Of a stretch of DNA of 64,000 bases, positions 10,834-20,855 are shown in pieces. The DNA is from a virus (Duplodnaviria > Caudoviricetes). A program made the position numbers and the translations under genes. The first letter of the stretch is position 1, and each line of letters opens with the position of its first letter. The notes under the pieces were generated by a model. The model worked only from the letters and a program-made list of their open reading frames with translations, ran no database searches and was not told the origin of the DNA. The stretch is taken from IMG/VR virus record IMGVR_UViG_3300031963_009887, positions 1 through 64,000 of that record. The stretch is one strand, 5' to 3'.

Positions 10834-11402
10834 AACATTCTTGTATTTGCTCCAACGTAAATTCCTTCTTTATTAATGTTTTTAACAATACCAGTGTTTA
10901 AACCTATTGTTACATTATCAACAACTGATAATTTTTCTTTAATTGATGAATTAGTTCCTAAATAAACTTTATCACCTATTGTGACATTTCCTGAAACAAT
11001 AGAACCTGGCATTGCACTAAAATAATCACCAATGATACAATCATGACCAATATGGTTACTACGATTTAATAATGTGTGTGAACCTAATTTAATATTAGTT
11101 GTTAATATTGAATAAGCACCAATAAAACTACCATCACCAATTTCTACATCATCCATGATAATAGCTGTGGGATGTATGAATGTAAAATATTTTGTGTTTT
11201 TTGGTAATCTTTGTATTATATCGTATCTATCTTTAGAGTTTGCAACTGCAACCATTACAACATGTTTATCAGGTTGTAATGAAGATAATGGTAATGTATC
11301 TGAGTTAACATATTCGTCATCAACAAATCTTTTTAATTTAACACCCATTTGTGACATAACTTCACGAGCGTGACCACCATTACCAACTAAAACTTTAATC
11401 AT
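10830..11402 (-). CDS. NeuD/PglD-family sugar O/N-acetyltransferase
   Basis: VGNGGHAREV, IHPTA and hexapeptide repeats including IGHDCIIG. Confidence 0.9.
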   Translation of the reverse strand: MIKVLVGNGGHAREVMSQMGVKLKRFVDDEYVNSDTLPLSSLQPDKHVVMVAVANSKDRYDIIQRLPKNTKYFTFIHPTAIIMDDVEIGDGSFIGAYSILTTNIKLGSHTLLNRSNHIGHDCIIGDYFSAMPGSIVSGNVTIGDKVYLGTNSSIKEKLSVVDNVTIGLNTGIVKNINKEGIYVGANTRML

Positions 11403-12043
11403 TGTTTATAAATTTCAAATTTTGATAAATCAGGATATGGTAATTCTAAATCATTATTTTGTTTTTTAGTACCATCAATATTATAGAATTGATTCATTAG
11501 TAGTAAACCACGTGTTGCTAACTCAGGCATCATATAAAAGTTCCAACCTAACATATCCAAGTTATCATCATGATATGAACATTCACGTCTACCACTATAT
11601 CTTGCTCGTTTAAACCAGTGATACGCATCTAAACTATCTGTTAGTATTGCACCACCTTTACTTAGTTTAAAGTGTTTATATGGTCCTGTAAATGAAATAC
11701 ACATGTGACTATTTGGTTTATACATGTCAGCAGTAAATGACAATGCTGAATCCCAAACATTTGAACCAATTAATTGATAAGAACCTTTAATTGTTTTTCC
11801 ATCAACAGGTATAAAATCAACTTTTAATCCTGCGTGTATTATTTCACAAGGAACTGAAGGATATGTTCTATTTGGTATTGATATTTTTTCACTTTGAATT
11901 GATTTGGTTATATTTTTTTCATAATACAATGCTAAAAATAATGCGTTACTCATGTTATCTAATGTAACAACATAAGGTGCTCCAGTATATCTACCAAGTT
12001 CTTTTTCAAAGTCATCTGTTATTTTATAAACTCCGTTTGCCAT
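11399..12043 (-). CDS. DegT/DnrJ/EryC1/StrS-family PLP aminotransferase (short form)
   Basis: FEKELGRYTG, SNALFLAL, TYPSVP, WDSA, SFTGPYKH (PLP Lys) and GGAILTD. Confidence 0.8.
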   Translation of the reverse strand: MANGVYKITDDFEKELGRYTGAPYVVTLDNMSNALFLALYYEKNITKSIQSEKISIPNRTYPSVPCEIIHAGLKVDFIPVDGKTIKGSYQLIGSNVWDSALSFTADMYKPNSHMCISFTGPYKHFKLSKGGAILTDSLDAYHWFKRARYSGRRECSYHDDNLDMLGWNFYMMPELATRGLLLMNQFYNIDGTKKQNNDLELPYPDLSKFEIYKQ

Positions 12044-12045
12044 AT

Positions 12046-12888
12046 TTAATTTTTAATTGCTAATGTTGAAATATCGTAATTAAATAGTTCATACCCTAAA
12101 GATAATAAAAAATTATTTACCTCATCATTATCTTCATCAGTAATATTTGAGTTTTCAAAAATAATAAAATCAGATAACAGATGGGTATTATTTTTTAACG
12201 ATAAAATTAATTTAGCGTCTAACCCCTCAACATCTAAGTGCATCCAAAAAGGTTTAGTATCAAAATTATTTATAATTAAATCTTTTAACGATATTGATGT
12301 TTTTCTTGTTTCAACAATATCTGTAATATTAAATTTTTCAAAATGATTAATATCTGTTGAATTAAAATAACCTGATTCACTTTCATAGAAAGAAACTTCA
12401 TCCCCATTTGGTGTTATTAAAGACTGAATTAGTTTAACGTTGTTAATTGATTTATAATTGTTTATTAAACCATTAAATTGTTTATCAGACGCTTCAACAA
12501 GAATTGCGTTTGTGTGTCCTTCTTTAACAGATTGTACCCATTCACCATATTCACCATCATGTGTTCCTATAGCCAAACCAACATTATTAGGGTTTGATGA
12601 ACAATATGTTAAGAATATTTGGTGTAAAAAATCTTGTTTATTTGGTATGAACCTTTCCTCAAAAATAGTTTTACCTGATTTAGTGGTTACAGTAATATTC
12701 TTAAAATTAAAATCGTTGTAATCTACAAACCAATTGTCATTTGCGGTTGATTTCCAAACAATTTCGTCATTAATGTATTTTGAAAAATACACATTTAATG
12801 GAAATTCATCATCATTTATTACTTTAGAAACACCGTGAGTTCTAAAAGTAACCTTATTGTTAACACTATTTAATGAAAAAATATTCAT
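12046..12888 (-). CDS. FkbM-family methyltransferase
   Basis: IGTHDG, LVEA, HLDVEGLDAKLI and IIFE. Confidence 0.75.
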   Translation of the reverse strand: MNIFSLNSVNNKVTFRTHGVSKVINDDEFPLNVYFSKYINDEIVWKSTANDNWFVDYNDFNFKNITVTTKSGKTIFEERFIPNKQDFLHQIFLTYCSSNPNNVGLAIGTHDGEYGEWVQSVKEGHTNAILVEASDKQFNGLINNYKSINNVKLIQSLITPNGDEVSFYESESGYFNSTDINHFEKFNITDIVETRKTSISLKDLIINNFDTKPFWMHLDVEGLDAKLILSLKNNTHLLSDFIIFENSNITDEDNDEVNNFLLSLGYELFNYDISTLAIKN

Positions 12889-14849
12889 TATTTTTTTCTT
12901 TTAGTGATTAAAACACCGTGAGGTTCATTAACACTAACCCTATCTTTACGAGTCATATGTAGTGTGAATAATTCACATTCAAATCCAAATTTAGTTAACT
13001 TATCCACCATTGGTATCAATTCACCATTATTATTACCATGAAACTCAATAATAAACTTTTCAATCATATTCATTTGTTCATCAGTTAATGATTCAATTAA
13101 CTCATATTCACCACCCTCAATATCACATTTAAATAATGAAATATTTGTTAAATTATTTTCGTTAACAATCTCATCAAATGTTATGGTTTCTAAGTCCATA
13201 GTTGAATCTAAATCACTGTACGATGGATTTGAGTTATCAAAAGTATGAGTACCAATTGTTGAATTTTTTGTTGAGTAATGAAACTTTATGTTTTGTTTCT
13301 TACCTGTTAAAGGTGCTAAATAGACCGGTGATTTTTCATAATCAGAACCTAAAACTGTTTTAATATTTTTATCCAATAAAGGATTCGCTTCAACTAAAAT
13401 AACTTTTTTAGCGTCTTTAGCGTACATGTACTTAGCAAATAAACCAATATTAGCACCAACATCAATTACCGTATCCATATCATTTAGGTTAAAACTACCG
13501 TAAATGTCATCACTAAAGAATTCTATATAATTCCTGAATGAACAATCAAATGGTTCAAAATTTACTTTAGGTAATCTTGGAAAAATATCATTTACAACAA
13601 TTTCGTGACTGTATTTTAAATTGTCATTTTGGTCATAAAAATCAAGTGAGAAACCTCTAAAAGTTGCCAATTGATGGAACTTTATGATATGTTGAGGTAT
13701 TGGTATTACAAACCAACCCAAAGGTGAGTCGGCTTTAAAATTCATCCAATACATTGGTGCTCCCGATGTTAAACATTTGAACGATACTTTATAATCAATT
13801 GGGTCGTAACCACTGTAAAAAATATTGATTTTGTTTTCATCTTTTTCGTAGCTGATGTGCATTAAGTTTTGTAAATTATCCATGTTAAATTTTTTAAGTA
13901 GTAAGTTTGTATCCTGGTTTATATCTCCAGTAAGATATGTGATGTTATCATAAATGTCATATTTACCACAGTAAACATCTAAATTAAACATCATCATTGG
14001 CATTTTATATTCCAACGCTTCTTTAATTGCAATTGGATTTAATTCTTTATTATTTCGGTCACCTTTTGATGCGAAGAAGAATAAATCAGCCGCTTGTAAA
14101 AAGTTATAGACATCATGTCTTTCACCCCAAACAATACAGTTATCAGGTTTGTTATTCATTAAAGGTTCCCAATAATCTTTAAAATTACCAGCTTGATTAC
14201 CTAAGAAGTGAAATCTAAATTTATGACCTTGTAATTTACGAGCAATTTCAAACAAATAACCCTGATTTTTTCTTTGGGTAAATAAACCAACATTTACAAT
14301 GTGTATACAATCTTTTTCAAGACCGAGTAATTCTTTATATTTTTCTTGGTCTCTTGATTTGAAATCAACAGGGTATTCAATAACTTCGTATGGTATATCA
14401 TATACTGAATATCTGAAAGCGTTAAAAGGACTAACAAATAAAAATTTATCAGGAAACCATCTTTTATTTTGAACAGGAAATGATGAATCGTGCGTAGTTT
14501 CAAATACTTTATATTTTCTTTGTTTGTTATAAACAACCGCAGTTATTTCATCCTCTAAAAAATATTCAGGAAATTCTTCTAAACATACTAAATCAGGGTC
14601 AAACGATGTTAGTAATTCAGTGAAGTGTTCTTTTCTTCTACTATCATCTAATGTAATCAATTTGTCTTCACCAATAAGTTCCAATACTCTATTTCTTTGT
14701 ACATTAAATAACCACGCATGATTATGGTGTTCAACACATAAAATATCATATTCATCTTTTAATAAAGAAATTTTATTTACCAATACTTGAGGTAATCCAC
14801 CTGTTGATAAGTGAGGTGTAAAAAATAATAGTTTTTCCTTGTTATTCAT
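12888..14849 (-). CDS. GT4-like glycosyltransferase / FkbM methyltransferase fusion
   Basis: N-terminal HLSTGGLPQ...NVGLFTQRKNQ...ELNPIAIKEAL; C-terminal IDVGANIGLF...KCDIEGGEY...IEFH. Confidence 0.85.
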   Translation of the reverse strand: MNNKEKLLFFTPHLSTGGLPQVLVNKISLLKDEYDILCVEHHNHAWLFNVQRNRVLELIGEDKLITLDDSRRKEHFTELLTSFDPDLVCLEEFPEYFLEDEITAVVYNKQRKYKVFETTHDSSFPVQNKRWFPDKFLFVSPFNAFRYSVYDIPYEVIEYPVDFKSRDQEKYKELLGLEKDCIHIVNVGLFTQRKNQGYLFEIARKLQGHKFRFHFLGNQAGNFKDYWEPLMNNKPDNCIVWGERHDVYNFLQAADLFFFASKGDRNNKELNPIAIKEALEYKMPMMMFNLDVYCGKYDIYDNITYLTGDINQDTNLLLKKFNMDNLQNLMHISYEKDENKINIFYSGYDPIDYKVSFKCLTSGAPMYWMNFKADSPLGWFVIPIPQHIIKFHQLATFRGFSLDFYDQNDNLKYSHEIVVNDIFPRLPKVNFEPFDCSFRNYIEFFSDDIYGSFNLNDMDTVIDVGANIGLFAKYMYAKDAKKVILVEANPLLDKNIKTVLGSDYEKSPVYLAPLTGKKQNIKFHYSTKNSTIGTHTFDNSNPSYSDLDSTMDLETITFDEIVNENNLTNISLFKCDIEGGEYELIESLTDEQMNMIEKFIIEFHGNNNGELIPMVDKLTKFGFECELFTLHMTRKDRVSVNEPHGVLITKRKK

Positions 14850-16432
14850 TATAGCTTACTAAAAATAAAATGTTCTGTAGCAATATAATCAACACAACCT
14901 TCAAGTAAATGTTTTATAACTTGACTTGGGTAGTTATTGATTGGTTCCCCGTGAGCATTAAATGATGTGTTTAATACAACAGGAATATCGGATAACTTAT
15001 AGTATTCTGATATGATACTATGAAAATTTGGGTTATTATTTTTATCAACAGCTTGAGGTCTTGCAGTTTTATCCTTTGGATGAATAACTGCTGGAATCTT
15101 ATCAACCCATTCTTTTCTGGTGTCATAACACAATGTCATAAATTCTGCTGCGTATAGTGACCTATCTGCGTGAAAGATAGTATTAATATGTTCTTTTAAC
15201 ACACTTGGTGCAAATGGCATAATTTCATTACGTCTTAATTTTTTATTTAACAATACGTGTGTTTTGGTGTCGGTAGGTCTAGTAACAATACTTCTATTAC
15301 CTAACGCTCTTGGACCATACTCTGTTTTACCATAAAATAAACCAACAACTTTTCCTTCATCTATTAATTCGGCAACTCTACTATGTGAAGAAGGTTCAAA
15401 ATAAATTTGACCTGGATAGTTATTTATTTCTGACATCCAATCGTCACCATTAAATTCTGAACCAAAAAATACATTATCTAATTTAAGTGGTAATAACAAT
15501 TCACCAAGTTCATTTGCTTTACACAACGCAGCACCGGTAGACAAACCACCATCACCCATTGAAGGGTGTATGTAAATCTCCTCAAAGAAATTAAAACTAT
15601 TGATGGATTGATTTAATTTTACGTTAGCAAATAAACCACCATTAAATGTTACTTTATTATAATCAGGATATCTGGATTTCAAATCTCTAAGATATTGCCA
15701 CATTAATTCTTCGGTGTGTTTTTCTAAACAAAATGCTAAGTCATTTCTATTTTCTTCAGAATCAAAATAACCTGAATTTTTTAATTTATCAACAAAAATA
15801 AAATCAAACAATGTTTCAGAATTTGATGGTCCAAATGTTAAGTCACCATTATATTTTATAATGTGTTTAAGATAGTTGTACAACATTTCATTGTATTTAC
15901 CATGAGATGCCATACCAACGACTTTACCTTCATCTTTAAACATCTGCCAACCAAGTAATACGGTTACTCTTCCCCACAAACCAGCTAATGATGTGGTTGT
16001 TGGAACGTTTTGTGAACTAACAACTTCATAGTCACCATTGTCACATAAGTAAACTTTTCCTCTACTTCTATTACCTTGACCATCATGACTCACAGCCAAT
16101 ACTTTACCCTCAAATCCTGATGTAAAATATGCTCCTAAAGCATGACATTTATGGTGTGAATAACTAGTTGTTTTATCAATTAAACATATGTTATCATCTT
16201 CAATCTTATAGTGTTTTGGTAATGCAAAAGCAACATGGTCACAATTTTCCAATGTAACACCAAAGTTCTTTTCAATGAACTCTAAACCTTTAATTGGGTG
16301 TGCCCAATAACTATGTATTGCTTTAATACCTGTTAATTTTTCTTCTTCAATAGCACAAACTAATTTACCATCAATTACTAATGCAACTGATGAATCGTGA
16401 CCTCCGTGATGTATTCCTATAATTGTACTCAT
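14849..16432 (-). CDS. Carbamoyltransferase (NodU/CmcH/TobZ family)
   Basis: HDSSVAL, HHKCHA, EGKVVGMA, GGLFANVKLN, MGDGGL, GPRALGNRSI and LNTSFNAHGEPI. Confidence 0.95.
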   Translation of the reverse strand: MSTIIGIHHGGHDSSVALVIDGKLVCAIEEEKLTGIKAIHSYWAHPIKGLEFIEKNFGVTLENCDHVAFALPKHYKIEDDNICLIDKTTSYSHHKCHALGAYFTSGFEGKVLAVSHDGQGNRSRGKVYLCDNGDYEVVSSQNVPTTTSLAGLWGRVTVLLGWQMFKDEGKVVGMASHGKYNEMLYNYLKHIIKYNGDLTFGPSNSETLFDFIFVDKLKNSGYFDSEENRNDLAFCLEKHTEELMWQYLRDLKSRYPDYNKVTFNGGLFANVKLNQSINSFNFFEEIYIHPSMGDGGLSTGAALCKANELGELLLPLKLDNVFFGSEFNGDDWMSEINNYPGQIYFEPSSHSRVAELIDEGKVVGLFYGKTEYGPRALGNRSIVTRPTDTKTHVLLNKKLRRNEIMPFAPSVLKEHINTIFHADRSLYAAEFMTLCYDTRKEWVDKIPAVIHPKDKTARPQAVDKNNNPNFHSIISEYYKLSDIPVVLNTSFNAHGEPINNYPSQVIKHLLEGCVDYIATEHFIFSKL

Positions 16433-17073
16433 AAATTCATTATATCGTTAAAAAGTTCTCTTGAGTTAAATGGTAACCAGTTATTTTTATGTTCTGATGA
16501 TACGTTTGGTTTTGTATGGTTACTACAAAATAAAAAACCACTTCCCCATTCACCTAAAGATTCTCGTTTAATGTTAAACCTACCAATTTTAAATCTTGAA
16601 TAGTATTTTGTATTTAATCTACTAATGTCGGTTAAAGGTAAGAATGTTATTTTAGAATCAACATATTGTTGTGATAATCTGTCTGAAAATTTTGAATATA
16701 TTGTAAGATTTGTTCTTACTTTATCTCGATAATCAATTGATTGTTCTGCCCACGTACATGACTCTTTATATGAGTCAGTATCAAATGTTAAGGCTACTTC
16801 TTTATCTGATTCATTAAATGTATGTTGAGTAACTAATACTGGATAGTTATTTTTCCAACCCCAAATTTTAACTCTCCACTGATTTCTAAATTTTTTACCT
16901 AAATGTACAAACCAATTTTCGGGGGACATTATGTTATGATTGACCAACGCCCAATCATTTCCGTAATTTTCATAAACCTCAACAAGATACCTGTGACTCC
17001 AAGTATCCCATATGTTAATAAAAACACCGTCAACAAAGTTTATAGTACAATTTATATTATTAAAATCCGTCAT
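16429..17073 (-). CDS. Protein with a TibC-like N-terminal beta domain and no recognisable catalytic core
   Basis: INFVDG...YLVEVYE...W...KKFRNQWRVKI parallels VHFVDG...YTVDFFE...W..SNKKFHKDWRIRV of 4650..6755. Confidence 0.55.
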   Translation of the reverse strand: MTDFNNINCTINFVDGVFINIWDTWSHRYLVEVYENYGNDWALVNHNIMSPENWFVHLGKKFRNQWRVKIWGWKNNYPVLVTQHTFNESDKEVALTFDTDSYKESCTWAEQSIDYRDKVRTNLTIYSKFSDRLSQQYVDSKITFLPLTDISRLNTKYYSRFKIGRFNIKRESLGEWGSGFLFCSNHTKPNVSSEHKNNWLPFNSRELFNDIMNL

Positions 17074-18260
17074 ATTAAATTATTTTCTTTTATTTTATCA
17101 ATTACCATTTTTGGTGATATTTTTCTTGAACACTCCCAGTTTTTATTTTCGGGACATAATGTTTTTTCAAACACAGTAAATTTATCGGCATGTTTTTCAG
17201 AGTTCCAACAACCATGACAAACATCTTCATTGATTACTCTTATACAATCTTCAGTAAATTCATTGGTTGCTTTTGTCACACCAGAAATCATAACTACTTT
17301 TCTACCACATGCCCATGCTAACCAAGCAAGACCTGAACTCACACCAATAAAAAACTCACAATGATGTAGATACCACATACGGTCAGTTAATGGTAAATTA
17401 CCATTTCTTTTTGTAACTTTTTTTAAGTCAGTTTTTTCTTTTGAAATTGAAACCACCTCATAACCTAATGAAGTTAATTCATTTACTAAAGTTTGCCAAC
17501 CAACTTTATTATTCCATTGTTTAATTTCACCTGACGCAAATTCAGAAATACAGACATATTTTTTTTGAATTGGTCTTTCATTATTTTCACAAATTAAATG
17601 AGGTCTCATCTCTTTTAATTCTAAACCAAGTACTGATGGTGCAAAATGTTGAAGAGGGATTAATGATGGATGATACGGTGATTCATTTTTTTTCCAATAT
17701 GTTAAGTCATCAAAATGAAGATATTTTTTCTTAAATAATAACTTACGTAAATTGATATGTTCTTCATTTGGAATGCCGTATGATATTTTATAAGTTGCGT
17801 AAAATTTAGAATCATTAAATTCGTAAGTATCACCACGAACAATTGTAAAATCACTATAAGATTTTTCAAATATTGAAGGAATAAAAGTTTGGAATGTAAT
17901 ATTACAATTATGAATTTTACCAAATTCTTTAACATATTCAACCCAAGCCAAATTATCACCAATTGGTGTGTTTGTAATTGCGATTAATACATCTTTATCT
18001 TTTAAATCTAAAACTTCCTCATGAATAATTCCCAAACCATTTTTCATAACAACCACTTTCCATTCAACATAATAATTGATTGCGGTTTTTGTCCAATAAT
18101 TTGGTTTTAAAGTGTCTGAATGTAAAAGTTTATTTGTTTTATTATCTAAGAATAAAACTTCATAAGTTTCATCTTCAGGATATTCCTTATCGGGAACACC
18201 AACAATCTCAACTTTGGCGCCAAGATGAAAATCTACTTTTATTTTAATTTCCTGTTCCAT
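17070..18260 (-). CDS. TibC/Aah-type heptosyltransferase paralog
   Basis: PIGDNLAW, GVSSGLAWLAWA and CHGCWN...CPE...WEC. Confidence 0.85.
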   Translation of the reverse strand: MEQEIKIKVDFHLGAKVEIVGVPDKEYPEDETYEVLFLDNKTNKLLHSDTLKPNYWTKTAINYYVEWKVVVMKNGLGIIHEEVLDLKDKDVLIAITNTPIGDNLAWVEYVKEFGKIHNCNITFQTFIPSIFEKSYSDFTIVRGDTYEFNDSKFYATYKISYGIPNEEHINLRKLLFKKKYLHFDDLTYWKKNESPYHPSLIPLQHFAPSVLGLELKEMRPHLICENNERPIQKKYVCISEFASGEIKQWNNKVGWQTLVNELTSLGYEVVSISKEKTDLKKVTKRNGNLPLTDRMWYLHHCEFFIGVSSGLAWLAWACGRKVVMISGVTKATNEFTEDCIRVINEDVCHGCWNSEKHADKFTVFEKTLCPENKNWECSRKISPKMVIDKIKENNLI

Positions 18261-19257
18261 AAATTTCTATTACTTTTTTGAAAATTTGTTCATCACTCGG
18301 ATGACATTCAAAAGTTTCTTTTTTCTCTAAACAATTAATCAAAGGTGCAACACCTTGAATTGAACCCCACTCCTCAATACCATATTTTAATTCTGAAGCA
18401 CAAAATATATCACAACCACCACCAACATAATGAAACTTATATTGTTGTGAGTTTTTTCTATATGGAATCCTCCAATATGGGTTAATTGAAGAACCAAGTT
18501 GAATAATGTGAGCGTCTGTTGTACCTGCCAAGTGTAACAATCCTGAATCCATTGTTATAAAACAAATTGAATTTTGAATTAAATGCCAAGCCTGAGAGAT
18601 ATTTGTTTGATTCATTAAGTTCAACCCTAATTTAATATCAATATCAAATCCTTTCTTTTCAATATGCCAAAAACCAACTTCATCTGTGTCTTTACCAATT
18701 GAAACAACAGCAATTCCCATTTCATTTAATTTGGTTGTTACTGATTGCCATTTATCAAAATCCCAAGTACGAGATTGCCACGTGGTTGCTGGATGTATCA
18801 ATACATATTTTTCAGGTAAACCTTCAATAGGTTCAAATGGGTCTGAATAATATTCACATTCCATTTCAGTGGGTAATAAGTTAAAACCTAAATTCATGGC
18901 ATGGAATTGACGAATATCAATTCTAGCATGTTTTGACTGAACTCCTTTATCATTTTGTCTACCAACATTATAGAAAGAACTATGGATTAGGAAGTTTTCT
19001 CTTAGGTAGTCAAAGTTAATTGAATCGGGACGATAAGTGTTTTTAATATATGGATTGTGTTTAAACAATTCAGGATGTTTCGTAATTAGATTTAACTTAC
19101 AACCATATGCTTCTGAAACTTTTTTAATAGTGGGGGTTGAACAAAGAGCATCGCCCATTGAATAACATTCTGACAAATCAAAGTATACCGCATCTCCAAC
19201 TTCTTGAGCTGGTACGTTCCATAAAAATTCGTTTCTTGTATGCCAAATTTTTCTCAT
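18244..19257 (-). CDS. GT9-family (ADP-heptose-type) glycosyltransferase
   Basis: SMGDALCSTP, LIHPATTWQSRTW, ITMDSGLLHLAG and a C-terminal Cys cluster. Confidence 0.85.
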   Translation of the reverse strand: MRKIWHTRNEFLWNVPAQEVGDAVYFDLSECYSMGDALCSTPTIKKVSEAYGCKLNLITKHPELFKHNPYIKNTYRPDSINFDYLRENFLIHSSFYNVGRQNDKGVQSKHARIDIRQFHAMNLGFNLLPTEMECEYYSDPFEPIEGLPEKYVLIHPATTWQSRTWDFDKWQSVTTKLNEMGIAVVSIGKDTDEVGFWHIEKKGFDIDIKLGLNLMNQTNISQAWHLIQNSICFITMDSGLLHLAGTTDAHIIQLGSSINPYWRIPYRKNSQQYKFHYVGGGCDIFCASELKYGIEEWGSIQGVAPLINCLEKKETFECHPSDEQIFKKVIEIYGTGN

Positions 19258-19280
19258 AAATTAAATAATAATAAATCAAA

Positions 19281-19991
19281 TTAACATATCCAAACTAATG
19301 GAAAATCTTGAAGTTCTGGATTATTTGGCATATCCAATTCTGTTGGCCATTGACCTCTATCAAAATGAAATGCTTCAAACAATCTATCATTAATAAATGT
19401 TAACTCCATTGTATCAGGTACCGCAATCCACCATGAACCAATCATTGGTGCGGAATTGTTTCCGTGTAAATGTGTTAAAGTAAAATGGTTTGTAATTTTT
19501 TCTAAAATTTTGGTTGCTCTTGGACGATATTCATTAACATCACCAGTCCAATGTATTTCCAACACAATACCAATCACATTTTTTGATAGTTCTTCAATAT
19601 TGGTATTTTCAAAGAATTCATACTCGGCACCCTCAACATCAATTTTTAAAAAAACATTTTTATCTTCATCACCATTTTCTTTAAGATGGTCAAAAAAATG
19701 TTTTTTATCGTTTTCTTTTATGTGACTTAATCCTTCTTTGTGAAAAATTAAGTTGTCGTTAGGGTGTGTAAAATCAACGGTGTGGTCATATAAATGAACA
19801 GGTTTAGATGTTCTATTGTGAAAATCTAGTTCAAAATCACAATTATATTCAACACCATATGTGTACAACACATCAGCCTTGTCCAATATTGTTTGATTTA
19901 CAATATAACCACCATCATTATTACTACCCAATCTAACTTTAGTATCTAAAACACCATATGGTCTTAGAAAGTTTACAAAATCGTCTCTCAT
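19281..19991 (-). CDS. FkbM/Methyltransf_22-like methyltransferase
   Basis: RLGSNNDGGY, LKIDVEGAEY, EIH and HLHGNN. Confidence 0.8.
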   Translation of the reverse strand: MRDDFVNFLRPYGVLDTKVRLGSNNDGGYIVNQTILDKADVLYTYGVEYNCDFELDFHNRTSKPVHLYDHTVDFTHPNDNLIFHKEGLSHIKENDKKHFFDHLKENGDEDKNVFLKIDVEGAEYEFFENTNIEELSKNVIGIVLEIHWTGDVNEYRPRATKILEKITNHFTLTHLHGNNSAPMIGSWWIAVPDTMELTFINDRLFEAFHFDRGQWPTELDMPNNPELQDFPLVWIC

Positions 19992-20794
19992 TTTAAATAA
20001 TTCATATATTCAGTTAATCCTTTTTCAAGTGTGTATTTTGGTTCCCAACCCTTCATCCATTTTAATTTATTGGAACAAGTATAAAATTGATAACCTTTTG
20101 GAATTATATCTTTTGATGTGTATCCAAAATCAATTTTCATAATATTCAATATTTTTTCAAATGATTCTGCAACGCCTGAACCAACATCATAAAACTTACC
20201 CAATAACTTTTTATAGTTTTCAAATGCAAATATGTTTGCTGATATAATATCTTTAACATATATAAAATCTCTTTTTGGACTACCAGGAAATAATTTAATT
20301 TCATCACCTGATAAATTCTTTTTGTGCATTTGATATGCGACAGATGACATAATTCCTTTATGTTCTTCACCTGGTCCATACACATTAAAGTATCTAAGTG
20401 CAATTCCACCATTATTAATAATGTAATCTTCGGCAATATATTTGCTCCACCCGTATAAGTTAGATGGGAATTCATTATTGGTTCCATAATTTGCTGCTGA
20501 TGACGAATAAATCAAAGGAATTTTTTTTGATTTACAAATGTTTGATATGTGTTTACTAAACTCATAATTAACCAACATCATATAATTAACGTCTTGTTCT
20601 AATGTGTTTGAACAAGCGCCAACGTGAAATACAGATTTAATGTCTAACCAAAATAAATTTGAGACATCTGACTTCCATGTGTGAGAATTAAATACATCCT
20701 CATTAATTTCAATAACCTCAAATTGTTTTTCTAATTCTACTTTCAAATTAGACCCGATAAAACCTTTTGAACCTGTTAAGATTACTTTTTCCAT
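19988..20794 (-). CDS. hldD: ADP-L-glycero-D-manno-heptose 6-epimerase (HldD/RfaD-like)
   Basis: TGSKGFIGSN, HVGACSNT, SSSAANYG, NLYGWSK (YxxxK), LRYFNVYGPGEEHKG.MSSV, RDFIYVKD and YQFYT: the HldD-type pattern of extended SDRs. Confidence 0.8.
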   Translation of the reverse strand: MEKVILTGSKGFIGSNLKVELEKQFEVIEINEDVFNSHTWKSDVSNLFWLDIKSVFHVGACSNTLEQDVNYMMLVNYEFSKHISNICKSKKIPLIYSSSAANYGTNNEFPSNLYGWSKYIAEDYIINNGGIALRYFNVYGPGEEHKGIMSSVAYQMHKKNLSGDEIKLFPGSPKRDFIYVKDIISANIFAFENYKKLLGKFYDVGSGVAESFEKILNIMKIDFGYTSKDIIPKGYQFYTCSNKLKWMKGWEPKYTLEKGLTEYMNYLK

Positions 20795-20855
20795 TTGGAA
20801 TAAAAATACGAAAGAAATGATTAAAGGAAAACATTTTGTGGTATTTATTATTACA

